Shown here: positions 17,034 through 18,889 of the stretch, piece after piece | How positions within the stretch are numbered: position 1 is the first letter of the stretch | Layout of the letters: the number at the start of each line of letters is the position of its first letter | NCBI GenBank assembly: GCA_049314435.1 | Contig: JBMOFD010000034.1 | Location: 1 to 18,889, forward strand | Direction: 5' to 3' | Length of the DNA stretch: 18,889 bases | Source: Chlamydiia bacterium | GTDB taxonomy: Bacteria; Chlamydiota; Chlamydiia; Chlamydiales; JBMOFD01 | Notes under the pieces: model-generated | Seen by the model: the letters and a program-made list of their open reading frames with translations, nothing else | The model's database searches: none | What the model was told of the DNA's origin: nothing | Translations under genes and position numbers: made by a program

Positions 17034-17160
17034 CCGCTCCTAAAAACCTAATCAAACCTACTCATTGCAATAAGCAATATTTGGATTTGTCTAGGACGTT
17101 CGCCGAGCAGTTTTGCGAACGGATTCACGTGCCGGGGTTTCGCCGACATCTTCTGTTTCC
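17034..17160 (-). ncRNA. Putative TnpB omegaRNA (reRNA) scaffold overlapping the tnpB 3' end
   Basis: Hairpins GUCGG/CCGGC (17147-17131), CGUUCGC/GCGAACG (17121-17097) and AUUGC/GCAAU (17078-17064). Loop CUGCUC (17110-17105) is complementary to the terminal GAGCGG (17039-17034), forming a pseudoknot. The 5' boundary is approximate. Confidence 0.6.
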
Positions 17161-18230
17161 GTAGTAGAGGAATCACAAGCGCCAGGAGGACGCGAGGATC
17201 GACGTGAAATCGCCCAGAAGTGCGCTGCAAGCGCCGTTTTCAGTTTCCTATCTAGAGCGGCCCAGAACTTCCATACATGCATCCCTCGCTTCCTCACGGG
17301 TAGAGGGACGGTGACATGGCCGCCTTTACCGTCAGGGATAGGACCCTCACGGCGGGGTGCTCTCTCAGAGAGACCGAGATAGCGGCGGCCTATGACACAG
17401 GCCGCCGCCTGATGAATGGTGAGACCATAGCGTGAAGCAAACTTCACACGACCTATGCCCGACGTGTAGGCAGGATTGATGGCGTGTAGATCTACGCCCT
17501 CCCGCCAGCTTCGCGATTGCAAGGTGTCAGCAAACTGCTGATAGGCAAAGCCTGACAACATGCGTGCATATCGCGGTGATTGATTCTCGCAGAGCTCGCG
17601 CTTCTTCTTCGCAAAATCGAGCTCTTCGTAAACGAGAGGCTTCCCAGTCTCCTTAGCAAAGGAGACGACAGCGGCACAGACGTCACCGATCAAGGCTTCA
17701 GTCTGATGACTCGACTTACCGTAGGTCACCATAGGGAAGTTACGAGTGGAGATCGGATTGCCAAAGCGGTCTAACTCCGTAACAGCTACGTGATCGGCAT
17801 TCAGATCGATACCGATCACACCGACCTTCTCCGAGGTGACCGTTGGGGTCTTCTCGACTCCTACCGTGGCAAAGACTGTCCAGCCCTTAGCATCCTCGTA
17901 GAAGCGATAGTGGACGGCCCTGCCAAACTCCTTAGCGCGGGGATCTCCTAGATCGAGACGCTTGGCTCGCTCCTTGCAGGATCGCAAGGCTGCGCACAAT
18001 TCATCATGCCCATACGCAAAGCGCATATTGCGAAGGATGACATACTTACTGAACTGGCTGCTGAGTGCATCGGGCATGCGGAGCCGCAGAGTGATACTGC
18101 CATCTTCCTCGATGCTCCCCGTACAGATCTGGTTCCCTCCAGACTCATCCTTGGATCCCAATGTCGTGAACTGGCTAGAGCGGCGCTGCTGCCACTCGTC
18201 CAACCAGGCCTGATGGTCGACGTAGCCATT
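17091..18230 (-). pseudogene. tnpB: 5'-truncated IS200/IS605/IS607-associated TnpB-related RNA-guided nuclease (RuvC portion, frame intact)
   Basis: RuvC-I GVIGIDLN, RuvC-II LVYEELDF and C-terminal INPAYTSGIGRVKF..YGLTIHQAAACVIGRR. Upstream of TTG 18203 the frame reads NGYVDHQAWLDEW, which I recall as an internal motif of this family. An in-frame TGA at 18237-18239 leaves no ATG start. Confidence 0.8.
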
Positions 18231-18342
18231 ATTTGGTCATATTTTGGTTGAGCTGTTACATACCCTTTTGTGAACTATGGGCCGCCGAGCCCGGCTGACC
18301 GAGGATTGCCCGTCCACGAGCATTTTTGGGGTCAAATATATT

Positions 18343-18889
18343 TTATTTTTCTGGAGTCGCTGAGCTAGAACTGAGACTCGCGCTTGCTGGTGGGGAACCT
18401 TCATGCGCCTTCCTCACAACGGATATGATGAAGTGGGACAGGTCTTTGCAACGCTCCATTGCTGCCTCATCGAGGCGAACAAGTTCCTCAATATGAAGTC
18501 TATAATAATGAGAGATCCAACGATTTACTAATCTGCCTGGAACCGACACTCCTGAGTTAGGGGCGGCAAGATGGCTTGCCCCTTCCCTTCGATTGATGAT
18601 CCCCCCCAAAATAAGAATCATACTCGTTGGAAGATGGGTGGTGTCTGGGGCTGAACACATCTTTTCGATCGTGGCAGAGAGCCTTTTCAGCAACAGTGCC
18701 TTTTTCGGCAAGGGCCACGCTCGATGCAATAGCAGCCACGTATCTAGCCCGAGCAGGGCTATATGGATAGGGGTAGTTTCTGGGTCCGACAGTGTTTGCC
18801 CTTCTCTGCAGATAGCCTGCTGCATCGTGGATATGTCCGCTTGGTCATACAGCTCCTCAATCCGATCGAAGACGGCAAACACAGAGTCT
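18343..18889 (-). CDS. Hypothetical protein, 3' part (start lies outside the window)
   Basis: The frame is open from the window edge to TAA at 18343-18345. The sequence is helical with a Ser-rich C-terminal tail (SPPASASLSSSSATPEK). Confidence 0.65.
   Translation of the reverse strand, partial: DSVFAVFDRIEELYDQADISTMQQAICREGQTLSDPETTPIHIALLGLDTWLLLHRAWPLPKKALLLKRLSATIEKMCSAPDTTHLPTSMILILGGIINRREGASHLAAPNSGVSVPGRLVNRWISHYYRLHIEELVRLDEAAMERCKDLSHFIISVVRKAHEGSPPASASLSSSSATPEK

Larger units (their letters stand above)
17034..18264 (-). mobile_element. Internally deleted (non-autonomous) IS607-like element carrying a tnpB remnant
   Basis: Putative left end on the minus strand: GG-TATGT-AACAG followed by ACCAAA repeats (18264-18232). 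Putative right end ...TAGGTTTGATTAGGTTTTTAGGAGCGG (ends 17034). GG occurs at both boundaries. There is no tnpA, and the tnpB homology starts abruptly at ~18230. Confidence 0.65.

Noticed and set aside
17091..18203. Calling the ORF an intact 370-aa Cas12f/TnpB
   Set aside because: Family-like sequence continues upstream of the TTG and then breaks at ~18230. There is no RBS or ATG and no cas genes.
1..18889. Impression of frequent CTAG and GAGCTC palindromes
   Set aside because: Not counted. It may simply reflect genome-wide composition and would need observed/expected k-mer statistics.

Overview
This is a GC-rich bacterial window whose large genes are separated by short AT-rich intergenic regions. 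It reads as a host-interaction (effector) island of an intracellular bacterium, most plausibly Chlamydiota; that assignment is inferred from the gene types and the Ser/Pro-rich N-termini. In order, it encodes: (1) an F-box-like/LRR protein; (2) a Hanks-type Ser/Thr kinase with an unusual catalytic loop; (3, 5) two diverged 1247-aa F-box paralogs with NLS-like motifs, flanking (4) an atypical dCTP deaminase; (6) a ~1086-aa protein combining ankyrin-like repeats, a U-box, a PARP-like H-Y-E ADP-ribosyltransferase motif set and a PI3/PI4K/HipA-like kinase motif set; (7) a hypothetical protein; (8) an internally deleted IS607-like element with a 5'-truncated TnpB, an apparently intact omegaRNA scaffold and both putative ends; and (9) a partial hypothetical CDS. 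The most striking item is the three-enzyme (ubiquitin ligase + ART + kinase) protein. All domain calls come from reading motifs by eye; no searches were run.
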